Origin: Haliotis rufescens
Taxonomy: Eukaryota
Assembly (NCBI RefSeq): GCF_023055435.1
Contig: NW_025964223.1
Span: forward strand, 27,218,001 to 27,282,000
Direction: 5' to 3'
Length of the DNA stretch: 64,000 nt
A program made the translations under genes and the position numbers. Of this stretch, positions 1 through 13,449 are shown piece by piece; position 1 is the stretch's first letter; every line of letters starts with the position of its first letter. The notes beneath the pieces were generated by a model that was given only the letters and a program-made list of their open reading frames with translations, did not search any database and was not told the DNA's origin.

Positions 1-783
1 CTTACATGTCAAGTAAAGGTCTTCAATAAATGTTGAGAAATATAAGTCGCACAGAGCTTGTATCATACCTGGGCCTGGACAAGAAATAGAACTTAGGTAA
101 ATCCCAGAGGTTTTTTTGTAAATGATACAGTGAAATATATTCCAACAGGGACAATGTGATGAAATGAGTTAATGTTGATTTATTCTGCTCCAAAATATAC
201 ACTTGCCAACACAACTGCAGTCTTCTGACGTTAAAACCCCACACACCTTGCAGCCTACCAACCTACCTAGCTAACATTTCGAAAAACTTGTCGGTAAAAA
301 CTTTATCACTTGCTAGGCGCTGCCATCTTGTATAGAAGACGCCACACATGAAAGTCACAGGATATCTGGGATTTAACAGCCTAGGGCGCCGTTCCACTAA
401 GCGGTCTTAGCGCTACGACTGTCGTAAGTCAATGTTAAATATGGAAGTTACGATCGTCTTAGCGCTAAGATAGCTTTATGGAAATTACCAGTCAAAATTT
501 TAATAAAATAAACATCTCATCTCTTTAACATTGAGTGAGAATCTGGATTCAAATCCATGACCAGCGGATCTTAGTACGGCTAAGGGGCATAACTCCGTGT
601 AGACTGCGGGGTAATCAGTGTCTCGTTAAGAACAGCATTTCTACTCGAAGTCTCACAGTGCATATTTTCAAAGGAAACGATTACAAAGTAATGAAATAAC
701 AAGATTATGTATACTAAGTCACATTAAGGTGTCAGTGCAGAATTTCTGACGACATGCTGTTGATATCACTAATGTTTCCTTAC

Positions 784-857
784 ATGTTATCCGTCAGAAC
801 TCCTTGAAACGTCGCAGTGAAGCGTCTTGCTGGGCCACAGGGGAAACCTGCCCGGCC
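784..857 (-). CDS. Probable exon 4 of the PAN/Sushi secreted protein gene (GRAGFPCGPARRFTATFQGVLTDN)
   Basis: AG acceptor (atacag) and GTAAGG donor; open in phase 0, matching the upstream exon. Downstream exons could not be resolved. Confidence 0.45.
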
Positions 858-1609
858 CTGTATGATAGCATAAAATAATCCTGAATCAAATATTGAAGGT
901 TGAACGAACTGAAACCATGAATCAAGTATAACTGATGATCGTTTCGTATGAGTGAGTGGGTTGGTTTGACGCCGCTTAGAACAGTATTCCGGTTATATCA
1001 TAGTGTGTCAGCTTCACCTGGGAGGAAATTGATGCAGGTCCTAAACCTTTACCACTCATGAACACGTGAATTAGGTGTGGGAGTTTGTACGGAGACTAGA
1101 TATGCTTCAGCTACAGCTTCAAAACCAAACATATTTTTATTAAACTCAGAGCCGAAATATTTTCGGGCAGACAATATTGTCAACAGCAGAAAGTGCACTT
1201 TTTTTCAAGTTCTTTAAGGGACAAGGTATCTTTTTCGATAAAATTTCGAACACACAAATGTCATGTTTCTCTCTATATTTACGTATTTATATATGTTATT
1301 TACACAGTTTAAGCCAACGGTAATGCTAACACATTCATATATATGTTTCACGCCAAACCGGACTCATTTTCATTTCGTAGGTAGGCTCGCGTGATGAGAA
1401 TTAATTTTACTCACTGTGTTTGCCTGAAATCGCATCACATTACGATCATAAATGTCATATAGAGAATTTCAGAAAGAAATACATCTTTTTGACTGGAATC
1501 TTTTGCAATCGGAATTATTGGATCAGTATAGTTTGCATGTTATAGATCCGAAATAGGGCTAATTTATAATAAGGTTGATATCGTTGTTGCAAAAAAAGTC
1601 ATTCCTCAC

Positions 1610-1815
1610 GGTATTTAGGAATCTGAAGCGTCCACAGACGTCAGTCACTTTCTGCCACATGCCGGTAGATGCCTGGCACACGCTTATGGAATTCATGTGA
1701 CAGGACCGGAAGTCGTCTGTGCACGTGTACTTAGCCTCGGCTCCCATGTAATGGCCATCATACTTTACCTCGCTGTTTGGTACCACTGGAGGCGGTGAGC
1801 CACAACCTTGGAATT
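1610..1815 (-). CDS. Exon 3 of the PAN/Sushi gene: Sushi/CCP domain
   Basis: CGSPPPVVPNSEV...AKYTC...VCQASTGMW...C has the CCP Cys/Trp pattern; AG/GT boundaries; phase 1 in, phase 0 out. Confidence 0.8.
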
Positions 1816-2142
1816 CTGCATGGAAAGGCGGACATTAACTGTCGGATAATGTCTCTGTGATGTAACAATATGTATTACAAGGCATTTGTGCATATCTCGT
1901 CAAGAAGATGAGATATGGTTAGCGAGTGCCGTCGCCACGAATGACAAGACAAAATTAGTTTTGTATTCACTTTAATATACCAGTAAATTGTGTTTTTTTA
2001 ATACTTCCCTTTAATATCCAAAATCGGGTTTATATTCGTATATTAGGCACTGTCTTCTATCAATTCTCATTCCTGCTTCGTAATAACCATGTTATTTGTG
2101 CCACCTACGTACGGTGTTTCTTCATATAGAGTTTATCCTTAC

Positions 2143-2230
2143 CTTTGTGACAAGCTGGACTGTCGAATCTGTTTACTCTGCATCGGTATCCAGGTGGACA
2201 TTGGACCACCGAGCAAGGGCCAGACAGGGC
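2143..2230 (-). CDS. Exon 2 of the PAN/Sushi gene: small Cys-rich (EGF/FOLN-like) module
   Basis: ALSGPCSVVQCPPGYRCRVNRFDSPACHK; ttattcag acceptor, gtaagg donor; phases match exons 1 and 3. Confidence 0.7.
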
Positions 2231-2585
2231 CTGAATAAAGATATCACCATATCACTGCAATATCGACACACCAGTGGCGATAACTGGCCATAACGAAACA
2301 TGTAGAACGAGACGACTAGGTGTCAGACCATATGATATTCAGGTTGTTCCAAGCAATACTAGAACATTGTTCAAGAATCGAACACGAACCTTCAGCGTGA
2401 AGAGCGAAAGTTTTAATCTTATGTCCATGGCATCCCACCCCTCAAATGTAGTACGTGTAGCAGTAATACGTTACGATAGACACTAAGGGTTCACGCATTT
2501 GCCGATGCAGTAGGAAAATAGATGTTATCGATTCTAGTTTAAGGGCAAAATACGGTAAGAGTTTCCCTGCAGCAGCTGGGTATAG

Positions 2586-5500
2586 TCACTCGCGTGATGA
2601 CGTTGACGTGCAGTGTTCAATGACTGTGTTTGGCCATTTGAGGTCTTCGCATTATACAGGTGAGCAGATTTTCTATCTTGTACTTATGGAGCAAAAGACA
2701 ACTTCTCCGTCATCTCAAATCAAAGCTTTTAAAGAACATTCAGCCTGACAGACCAAGAGAATTCTGTTGAAGGTTACAAAACTTTTCAATTGTTTAAGGA
2801 ATATGTGGATTTCTAACTAAAAAATATTTAAACTTACTATTATTGAAGAATCAAAAGAAAATCGCGTTCTGCCTTTAAAAAAAGCTTGCAACGAATCTGC
2901 GATACCGTTTTAATTTAAGGATATTTTAAGGAAATCAGTTGCAGTATAAATTCAATTATGGTCTTTCGGAAAATGTAGATTCAGCCCTCAGATATCTCAA
3001 ACATCATAAGTATTCCGAATGTTCAGATTCCCTTGAGAGTCTTGCCTCCGACATCAACAAGCAAAACAGGCATATCAGAAAATATCACAGATCCCTGTCT
3101 AGTTGGGTTGTAGTTGCGGAACTGGAGGAAGATGACATTGCTTCTGGGTCAGATGAAGAACGTCGCTTCGAGAAGGCAAAGTTCGCCCCGTAAGCGTCGT
3201 GCAGCAACTTACAGGCCTCGTGACAAAGGTTTCCACAATGCTCCTTCTGCATGGGATACATAAGATGTATAGACGGCAGTAGATCAAAGCAAGGAGTAGT
3301 CAACGAATATTTACAGGTGACGAAACGTTTACATCTTTGGGTTTTTAATCGTATTATAGGAGACTGGTTGTCTATAATCGTGTTGAGAGTTTTTTCAGGA
3401 CAGATATCGAATGTCCAATAAAGCACAGTTTGGGGATGTCTCCAATCTCGGAGGTGCAGATCAAGACTCTGAGTCTGAACGGTCAGACATATTTATGCCT
3501 AATCAATTTGAAATTGCGTCAGAATCTTCTGCAATTGTGAAAGGTAGTTCAAGGAGGTGTATTTCAGTTTGGAGGAATATTGATGAACCAGAATATAAAA
3601 TTATCAGAACTATTCAGGAAAGTTACCTTATCCCAATCATTGATATCCCATCTCGTGCACACAGTATGAAAACTAGCTCTGCTACTAACAAATAAAGAGT
3701 TTGTTCATCGTTCAGACAAAAGAAAGGTTGATTTTAGGGATTAGTAAAGCATTATTGTCCAGAAAGAATAAAAATGTTTTTAAAAGTTATAAATTTGCAC
3801 TTCAAGTTTTATTTAAAGTCAAGTTACCATCACATTGACATTCGCCCTCGTCAACATATTTTTCAAGGTGCCAAGGTGTTGTAAATTTTTAATGTTTCAC
3901 AGATCTTCCTTTTGGTCTCACTTCAGCTTCTTGCATCTTCACGAAATGGGATGACCCATTGGTCAAGTACTGAAGAAAGCATTCCATCAGAATAGTAGTT
4001 TACCTGGATGGTGCTTATTCGGTGTCAAAGGCTTTATGCACTAAACACACATCTATAGTTAAGGAAACTTACGAGAGTTAGTTTCGTTCACAATGTAGAA
4101 CAATCTGTATGGAATCCTTAGATTAGACTAGACTGGATTGGCTTTCTCTTGTATCTAGATTCGGGTATCCTATCTGTTCCTTCTATTAAATTTGAAGATG
4201 TTAAGAATACATTCGCAGGGTTCCTAACATGCCTTCCATGTTTGACAGCAGGAAGCTTGGTTAGTTTGAGAGGGAAGATCATATCTCTGTCTCCCGTTCG
4301 GGGAGATATGTGCAGGCTTTTGACAAGACTCATGCATACAGAAATTCAGAGGGCAGTATTGTTGGACAGAATGGTTAGGTTAGATTATCCTGAGTGTGCA
4401 TATGAGCTTATGTTTTGGAGCAACAGTATATTCATTTTGAACTGCCGGACTCTGCATAAGCATTATGCTCTATTGACTTCAATATTTTCAGACGCCAATG
4501 ATTTGTGCTGTACTGGTTAAATAAAAAAAATACTGATCACGTTTTCCAATACAGCTGGGATTTGGTTCAAGCTAAGTGACTGGCTTTGTCAATTTTTGTT
4601 ACAGCTGGTTTGTACAACATCACACCGAGGTTGAGTTGGATCTCAAGGTCAGACATTTGGAGAGCTGATGTGAAGATTCATATGTTTGGATAGTTTTCAT
4701 GATCCTGGATCCAAGATGGGGACCACATTCAGTGGACAGATTCACAAATCACATTGATACAAAGTTGGTAAGATTCAGTTCCAGACCGTGGGTTCTTGGA
4801 GGCAGTCGATGCATTTACACAGCAGTGGCAAGGGGACAACAACCGGACTATACCACTTGTACATCTAGTTTTTAAAACAATCATTTTTTACAAGTTACAA
4901 GACTCCTACAACTATGATTGTACCTACGTGGTCCTCTGTATCATATTGGCCTTGTCTTGTTTTGTGATTTTTGATTCATTTAACAGCTCAGGCTATTAGA
5001 TTTTTCCTTATTTGATGTTGATATTGAACATTTGTTTGGAGTGGGCATCTGGTAAGAGAATGATTTCTGGTTCATAGGGAATTGATCAGTTTATCAGGAA
5101 ATATGCCAGAAATAGTGTCAAACTCAAAAGCACCGGTCATACAGTAGAAGAGTGCTTATATTCCATGGAAAAAATGGAGTTCACATTTTCAAGAGGTGCC
5201 TTGATTAACAGCAAAACATTTTGATGTTGGTTTAGATCTCACGTCGCTTTAGATCTCACGTCTCCAAGAAGGTAAGAAATTGCAATCTATTGTTTCGGCA
5301 ATCTACGGCACAAGTTGGGCACTTCAAGTGGCAAGTTTAACAGATCCATGTCAGTTCTCACACAAAATATCAGAGAAGCAGCACTGAGAAATTATAGTAA
5401 TCCGGTCCAGAAGAAAGAGCCAACTGATATGGATATGCTGAAAAAAACTTGTTTGCGATTTAGGTAAGAAAAGTTGTTCCCTGTAAGGTTTAAGATTTCT

Positions 5501-6045
5501 GTCTATGTCCATCCTCTCGTATGCAGTTGTTTCATATTTTCTGAAGTTGTACATGTAACATGTGCAGACGTATCATTTCATAATGGATATGTTCGTATTT
5601 TCATTGAAAGAGGGCAAGGTAGATGTGTACAGAGGTAGAAATGTTTTGATTTCGGACTTGTCCAGTGACAAGTTTGGGTCGTTATTGGAGAGCTGAAAAT
5701 ATTTGCAGAATTCTGAGGAGAATATATTTTGTCAAATAAGCTGTTGCAAAACTTTAAGGCAGTTCAAACTGAAGCGAGAAAAGCCTCTGCCATATCTCGA
5801 GCGAGAGATATATTTCTTAAAGTTAATATGTTCTGCCGAAGATGTTTCACAAAAAATTGAATTACAGTTTCCATTCGGGAGTAACTCCTGCTGCAAACGC
5901 CGGGGTCACCAACATGCTGTTCAAGGTACATGCCTGCCGCAGCCGTGCATGTGAAAGTAGTGTCACGAAGTCACGTGAAGAAGGTGTATGTTCAATGACA
6001 GTGCTTAACATTGTCTCAAGGATATGAGGTCACAACGCATTGAAG
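2586..6045 (+). mobile_element. Degenerate tyrosine-recombinase retrotransposon (Ngaro/DIRS-like) in intron 1 of the PAN/Sushi gene
   Basis: Frameshifted RT remnants (LKSSYHHIDI, LPFGLTSASCIFTK, IVVYLD), RNase H (FSDAN), MTase-like AVDAFTQQWQGDNN, YR C-terminus (AANAGVTNMLFKVHA). Boundaries approximate. Confidence 0.75.
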
Positions 6046-6459
6046 TGTTTAGCCATGAGCAAGGTTGAAGCCATACTTTCATCTGAGTGATTTGGTGCGT
6101 TTGGTGTGATGTAGAAAGTTGCTGGTAAAGTTACAGTTGGGACCCAAAATTGAGTAAAGGAAAATATAAGACAAAGATACTTTAAATTAGCCTGCTCGCT
6201 TGTCCGCTGCGGTGGGCATGACCCTTGAGGTTTTAGATATTGTACATGGTAATTATATCATGTTCTTTTGAGCAAAACGAATAATAACATAATTGTTTGG
6301 CTCGTAGTTTCACAGATATAAATTCCATATCTTGAAGCTGTGACAGCAAACATATTATAACTCGAAAACTCCCAGCCCAACCTAGTAAATTACATTGTCG
6401 GACCGACTCCAGGCAGATATGGGTATTCTTTTGGGCATTAACATGCGTATTTTTGTTTT

Positions 6460-6631
6460 GTTTGTTGTTTGTTTAACGCTACATTCGGCAATATCCCCGC
6501 TATATGACGCCTATCTGTAAATAATCGAGTCAGGACCAGACAATCCAGTGATTGATATCATGCGTATCAATCCACCCGATCCCGTTAGTCACCCTTTTAG
6601 CAAGCTATTCTACCCCGGATCTTCACCGGTC
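6460..6631 (-). mobile_element. Non-tRNA SINE-like element copy, internally deleted
   Basis: Head (CTATTCTACCCCGGATCTTCACCGGTC) and tail match the family. Confidence 0.75.
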
Positions 6632-7913
6632 AACATACGTCCAACAGGGCCTGACGTCTGGTCCCGTGAGAAGCGAAACACAAACCGAGTAACCACAGTT
6701 GCTTTGGAACAAAATTGATTTTCACCTTGTGTGAGTTTGTATTCAGATTAATATTTAATGTCATGGTCATTCGGTTCGTAATGCTACATATGTACACCAT
6801 GCCAATTGTCTCGCTGAATAATATACTCACTGGAGATAGAAACGATATGAAAAACACTGCGTAATATAAAACTTTAGTATGATAAGTTTGAACTGATTGC
6901 AGCAAACGTTTGTTAAAGTCAGTTTGATGGCTCAAATGCGTAAAGAATGACTTTAAACGATTCAGAAAATGTAATTCATGTGCAAAACAATCTCCGATCG
7001 TGTAAGGGGATAGCGTCATGGTGTGGTGAGATGTCTGGCGTTCTCACTATGGCGTCATTGTTGCAAGTATACGTGCCAATGGAGGATATGCGCATTACTG
7101 ACTGGTCTGTGATTCCAGCTCTTCCATTTGACTTTATTGTGTAGCATGCGTTGTAGTATGGTTTCAAAAAGAGATTATAATCTGAACAATCTGGTTTAGA
7201 GCTAACGACATCAAAATGGCCGATGCATGCCATCGATCAATGTGATATCAATCACTGGATTGTCTGGTCCAGACTCGATTATTTACGACCACCGTAATAT
7301 AGTTGGAATATTGCTGAGTGCGGCGTTAAACAACAAACAAACCAAACCATGGTATCTGTCGGTGCAGACTTTGTGTCAGAGGCGAAACTACCATTGTAGC
7401 AGAAAAGCAATTATTGATTTACCTTAAATTACTACCCATGCAGTAAGTCATTAATTCAAACTCTACACTTGAAACTAAACTCAACTTGAAAAGCGGAATC
7501 TTTACGCGCTTAAGGATTCCAGTGTTAGATGGTTTGTACCATAAGCAAACGGCGCTCTCACTATTATATTCATTATTATGATAGGTCGGCTCACCTTCAA
7601 ATATAATTATAACATACCCATCACATACTTCGAATGAATATGTAAAATCTCATAAAAGGAATATAATATAAGATAATATATAAATATTTCATGTTCAAAT
7701 TTCATTGGTCATCATAGATGTATCTTGAATGAAAGTCGTAAATGTGTTGGTGAAACACACACAAACTACTAATAAAATGGCGGCGGGAGATATATGATGA
7801 ATGGGTGAGGTGATACGATAACCGCAGCTAGTCACCTACAACAGGACATGCTATTTCTATCACCTCGTCATATGCCATATCATAAATGAAAATATAAGTC
7901 CTAATGAACTCAC

Positions 7914-8222
7914 CGCAGGCCACAAGTCAATGTCACTGAAGACGAAGCCTTGTTTGAAGATGACGTTGGTATGTTTGCTGATGTTGCTGTTGAGGTGGCA
8001 GATGCGTGTCACCAGATCAAAGTTAAATGACCTGCAGGTAGATGATCTGAGGCACTCCGAAGAACAGCCATATATTGTGGAAGGCCGCACGATGTCAAAT
8101 ATATAGCCCACCATGGCACTATCCTGTTTAAGTAAAGAATCCGTGTCAAAACAGTTGCTACATGTTACAGGGGACTTCATAATTAGGAAAAACACAACTA
8201 AACACAGTGTCCCAAGAACCAT
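7914..8222 (-). CDS. Exon 1 of a secreted PAN/Apple + Sushi domain protein
   Basis: Signal peptide MVLGTLCLVVFFLIMKSPVTC, then PAN motif CSSECLRSSTCRSFNFDLVTRICHLNS; donor GCG|gtgagt. Confidence 0.8.
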
Positions 8223-9857
8223 CTTCCTCGCTGTGTTATGATGCATGTTATCTGCCAAGTTACAGCCAACGTTGAACAGCGGGTGTCTTAACAGCTTCGA
8301 CGTCTCCTTGGCAGTACAAAAACATCCTTCTTCACACGGAGACCTTTCGTCACGGACTAAGCTTGTATACAAAGCAGTAAACTCATTAACTTTACATCGT
8401 GTTTGGTAGGATGAAGATTGCATACATAATTTCCAGTAATGCAATTGTCGCGCAGAGACGGGTTTGTTACTGCCACATGACAAAATTCAGACGCCTCCTC
8501 TTGTATAAGACGTTGTATAAGAGTCGCTATCAGAACTCGAGGTTCTAGCAAATGATCATCACATTACGCTCTGGCATTCATTATTAATGAACGCCTGTTG
8601 TACACAATGTCTTTAAAGAATGCAATAACAAAACATCCATTGTGATCAAACCCATGATGATCCGGGGTGCAATAGGTCTTCAGCAACCCATGCTTGTCGT
8701 AAAAAGGAAACACTTTTTTTTATTTCTTGGTTTACGGATGCGCCGCTCTTTCAAAGTCCAAATGCTAAAAAAAAAAAAAAAAAAAAAAAAATTACCTTTT
8801 TTAATTACCGCCGATCTTTTCGTCAAAAAGTTAAAAATAAATAAATTTCATTTCCTCGTCGAACGTAAAGCAAAAAAAAGTCACTCTGATATTTCTCGCT
8901 GGGATCGTTCTCTAATACCATCAAAGCTTGTTAACGCAAAGCACAGTGGTGACCAGTTTAACTCTTTCAACACTGTTGGCCGGTCAAGAAGCCACGAGTC
9001 ACACCGCAGGGTAGACCGACCAATTCACATCAAACTGCTTTATATTTTTATTAACCTACTTGTCATATCATTCATTTATTATTATCTATCACATTTCACA
9101 ATGTCTTAAATACGTATTCCATCTGATTTTATCATTTTTTATCTGAAGATTAAAAAATTATTCAGTAGACACTATTTCCCGCAATGTTATTGAAAATTCT
9201 CGGACACATTTCGACAACGGGTCCTCATCGAACATGTGAAACAGCAAAATAAAGACGTTTCAAGCAAATCTTTGAATATATTATACAAGGTAATAAAATC
9301 AACGAAAATATATCTAAAAGTTGCCAAACTGACATCTAATTTATTGTTTCCATCTTTTCGTGCGATCGCGTGTAATCGTAATGACATATTGGCTTTCGTC
9401 GCCTCGATTTCTCGGCTCAGATACGATGTCTTTAATGCCAAAATATATGCATAGGAAATCTTTATCACAGCTCGTAACATAAAGTTCCATATTTTTAATA
9501 TAGATCGCGATTTCATGCTTAAAATGTTCAGAATAACATGATTTAACCAAAACCTTTCGCCAAAATCTGAAAATTACATGTGCTGTAATTTGATTGGCTG
9601 CCTTAGGTCATGTGCTTACATTTGACCAATCACGAACCTTGTAGCAGATTATGTCGGTGAAACAATATATCTAAGACAAAATTGTTATGGATGAGCAACT
9701 TCTTTATTACAATTGGGCGACGTTTCGGTGTAGATTCTAACACCGTTATCAAGCAAATGATGTACAAACTAGGTATGAGCATGATATATATACATAACAA
9801 TAGATAGATGTTTATATAACAGATAAGGTTGATGTACACTGATTGATTAGGTAGTCC

Positions 9858-10526
9858 ACCCTAGCCAGACGAGCCAAAAACATCTCCTCCACGCCCCAAC
9901 TCCTAGAAGCCGAACTCAACCATCTCCGCACTGTCTTCACCAGTTACAACAATTACCCTGTCAAGTTAGTCAACCAAACCATCAATAGCACCCTCAACAC
10001 CAGTGATAAACCTCCCCGCCAACAAACAGCCCCTTTCGTCATCAGCCTGCCCTACATAGGAACTACCAGCCATCAGATCCGCAGACTACTTAAACATGAA
10101 GCCAATATAGACGTTGTGTTCCAGAGAGGCCAGACAATTCAGAACCTCCTCAATGCCACAGGTAAACCACCATGCACACGCCAACAAGATCCAGCTGGTG
10201 TTGTGTACCACAACGAGTGTGAATGCGGCGACTCATATGTAGGTGAAACTTCAAGACCTCTCAACCAACGCTTAAAAGAACATCATGCCACTGTCCTAAA
10301 AAAATACGATAAATCTGCTATCTTTGACCACACCCAAATCCACCCCAGCCACAATATTAAGTGGGACAACGTCAACATCTTAACAACAAACAAGAAAGAC
10401 TTCAAGCTCAGAAAATTTAGAGAAGCCATTTGCATCCAAAGAATTCAGCCAGTCATAAACAGAGATCAAGGATACTACATCCCTCCAGCTTACCATGATC
10501 TCATCATTTTGCCAAAACAACACTGA
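9858..10526 (+). pseudogene. Penelope RT C-terminus + GIY-YIG endonuclease fragment
   Basis: TLARRAKNIS...LPYIG...GVVYHNECECGDSYVGETSRPLNQRLKEH...SAIFDH...REAICI...INRDQG in one frame. Confidence 0.9.
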
Positions 10527-10676
10527 ACTATTATCTCCCCACACATTCCTTCTTAGTAATCCTTGTGTTAATCCCATACCCATCAATTTACTGTACATCA
10601 ACCCCATCTCTTGTATAAACTTGTCTTATCATAACTACCTAATCAATCAGTGTACATCAACCTTATCTGTTATATA

Positions 10677-12073
10677 CTCTTCAAAAAAAGAAACTTGACA
10701 TAGATGTAAATCCACTTTTTGCCAAATATCTAAAATAATTACATTAAATGAGAACCAAATAAGTCAAACAGAAAGAAGTTGTGTCTATAATTCGCGAAAA
10801 CACATGCAAAGCACATAAACGTAGCGTTGGGGGATCAATTTTACAGCTTCATCCAAACGCAACCGCCTGTAAAAACCGTGCAGCACAAGATCCTGCATTT
10901 AGGCATGCAGTCCCCCCTGCTGAATGGGTATAAAAATCCACATCAATGGCTGTTCATACAGTCCTTATAACGGCAGTAGAGGCGGTGACAGAATGCCAAG
11001 ACTGAATGCAGCTCAACGGAAGAACGCCATTGGGAGATTACAAGCTGGAGCAACTCAGCATGAAGTGGCTAGGCACTTTGGCGTATCCAGACATTCAATC
11101 TCCGCACTGTGGACCCGATACAACAACACCAACAGAGTTGACGACAGACCAAGGTCAGGAAGACCAAGGGTGACAACCCAAGCACAAGATCGATACATCC
11201 GGCTGCGACACCTCCGAGACCGCACTACCACAGCCACGTCTACAACCACACAGAACCCTAGGGTACGCAGAATATCAGATCAAACGGTACGCAACAGACT
11301 GAGGGAGGCTGGACTTTTTGCACGAAGACCTGTTCGACGTCATGTATTGACCCCACGTCATCTGGCGGACCGTCTGCTTTGGTGCCAACAGAGGGTTAGA
11401 TGGGCACGTGCAAGGTGGAGAAACGTTACGCCCCCAACTGTGTGCAGCAGGTTGTCCCATTTGGCGGCGGGAGTGTCATGGTGTGGGCCGGAATTCATCA
11501 CGGTGGTAGGACGCCTCTCGTGCATGTGGCAGGTGCATTGACAGGTGTGCATTACAGAGACTTGATCCTACAGCCTTACGTTCTTCCTCAATTCAACGTT
11601 CATGGCGGACAGTTCCAGCAGGGCAACGCTCGACCGCATATTGCACGTGTTTGTCAGGACTTCTTACAGCACAACAACATCCAGACATTACCTTGGCCAG
11701 ATTTGTCCCGGATTGAGCATCTGTGGGACGAGTTGGATCAACGCGTTCGCAGAAGGAATCCACCACTCCAAACACTTCCGGCGCTTCTTGATGCGCACCG
11801 TGTTATTGACAACTTGATTGCATCTATGGGTCGTCGGTGTCAAGCGGTGATTGATTCACGTGGTGGGCACAACCGATACTGACATTTTCTGTACCCCTGT
11901 GACATTAACTGTATCGTGTACGTGTGTCTGTCTAGGTGACACGATTAATGTTTTGAACATTGTGTACATTGATCTTCAAACAGTGTTTCAATTATGGTTT
12001 CTGTGTCCTATTTTGAAACAATCGCATTATATTACATTTTGAAAGTCAGTGTCAAGTTTCTTTTTTGGAAGAG
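10677..12073 (+). mobile_element. Tc1-family DNA transposon, internally deleted
   Basis: TIR CTCTTC(A/C)AAAAAAGAAACTTGACA at both ends; TA target duplication; transposase 10993-11882 (GRPR AT-hook, SVMVWAGI, NARPH, IEHLW). Confidence 0.95.
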
Positions 12074-12220
12074 TATATAAACATCTATTGTTATGTATAT
12101 ATATCATGCTCATACCTAGTTTGTACATCATTTGCTTGATTACGGTGTTAAAATCTACACCGAAACGTCGCCCAATTGTAATAAAGAAATTGCTCATCCA
12201 TAACAATTTTGTCTTAGTTA

Positions 12221-13030
12221 CGAGGGGTGTTCATTAAAGATTTCCCCTAAACCACTTAGGGTTATCAAATTTGGTTGAAATTTCACATGTGTAATGATAC
12301 ATGTATCTATGGGTTATGTCTGAATTTGCAGCACCGAACTATTAATCTTACCACTTTTACAGGTGTTATGATCGAGTAGGGTGTGACAATGGAGCCAGTA
12401 GAATACCGAGCAGTGATTAGGTTTTTATATTTGAAAGGTCGCACACCAAAAGAAACTTTCGATGAAATGAAAGCAACTTATGGGGAAGATGACGTTGTTA
12501 AACACTGGCATCGAAAGTTCAAGTGTGGTCGGACATCTGTGGAAACAGCTGCCATTCCTGGTCGCCCCCATTCAGCCATTGATGAGGACACTATCCATCA
12601 AGTGGAGACCGCCATTTTGGCAGACCGACGTATATCTGTTCGCCAGTTAGCACAAGATGTCAAGATTAGTGTAGGGTCTGTGGAAAAAATCATCCATGAC
12701 AATTTGAACATGCATAAGGTGTCTGCACGATGGATTCCCAGGTTGCTCACACCTTTCCAAAAGCAGGAACGAGTCAATTGCTCAAAGGATCTTTCGGACA
12801 TGTGCCAAAAAATCCAGGCAAACTTTTTTGACAGACTTATCACACAAGGTGAAACATGGGTCCATCACTATGATCCTGAGACTTAAGTTCAGTCGATGCA
12901 ATGGAAGCATGTGGAGTCACCAACCCCAAAGAAGGCCCGTGTCCAACCCTCTGCAGGCAAGGTCATGCTCACAGTGTTTTGGGACCAGCACTTTTGAAAT
13001 GAGTTTGAAATCTGTAAACCAAGAAATAAA
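12221..13030 (+). mobile_element. Mariner-family transposon relic
   Basis: TA|CGAGGGGTGTTCATTAAAG start; MEPVEYRAVIRF...WIPRLL...TQGETWVHHYDPET* then KVMLTVFWD; 3' part deleted. Confidence 0.9.
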
Positions 13031-13049
13031 AAAAAGTGTCGCCCAAGGC

Positions 13050-13449
13050 TTGTTGTGAGAAGCGACTGACGGGATCGAGTGGTCAGGCACGCTGACTTGG
13101 TGGATGCATGTCATCGTATACCAGTTGCGCGAATCGATGCTCGTATAGTCAATCATTGTATTGTCGGGTCCAGACTCGATTATTTACAGACCGCTGTCAT
13201 ATAGCTGGAATTGACCAGACAATCCAGTGATTGACAACATGAGCATGTACTCAGCAAATATTCAAGCTATATAACGGCGGTCTGGAAATAATCAAGTCTG
13301 GACCAGGCAATCCAGTGATTGACAACATGAGTATCGATCCACGCAATTGGGATCGATGACATGCATCAACCAAGTCAGCGAGCATAGTCGCCGTTTACGG
13401 CAAGCTTGGGTAGCTGAAGACCTATTCTTCCGCGAATCTTCACCAGTCA
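13050..13449. mobile_element. Tail-to-tail copies of the non-tRNA SINE-like element
   Basis: + copy ~13050-13210 and - copy ~13212-13449. Confidence 0.8.

Larger units (their letters stand above)
9671..12217 (+). mobile_element. 5'-truncated Penelope-like element with inverted pseudo-LTR, interrupted by a Tc1 element
   Basis: 9671-9855 is the reverse complement of 10634-10676 plus 12076-12217; between them lies a RT-thumb + GIY-YIG frame. Confidence 0.9.

Noticed and set aside
5-73. Further exon of the PAN/Sushi gene
   Set aside because: Plausible AG/GT sites, but the open frame is not phase-compatible with the 784-857 exon and no bridging exon was found.
8223-8483. N-terminal extension of the 207-aa ORF
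   Set aside because: The signal peptide begins at the ATG at 8222; the upstream part is most likely 5'UTR or promoter.
8642-9109. 155-aa Lys-rich ORF
   Set aside because: Made of a SINE head fragment plus a poly(A) run; no coding signature.
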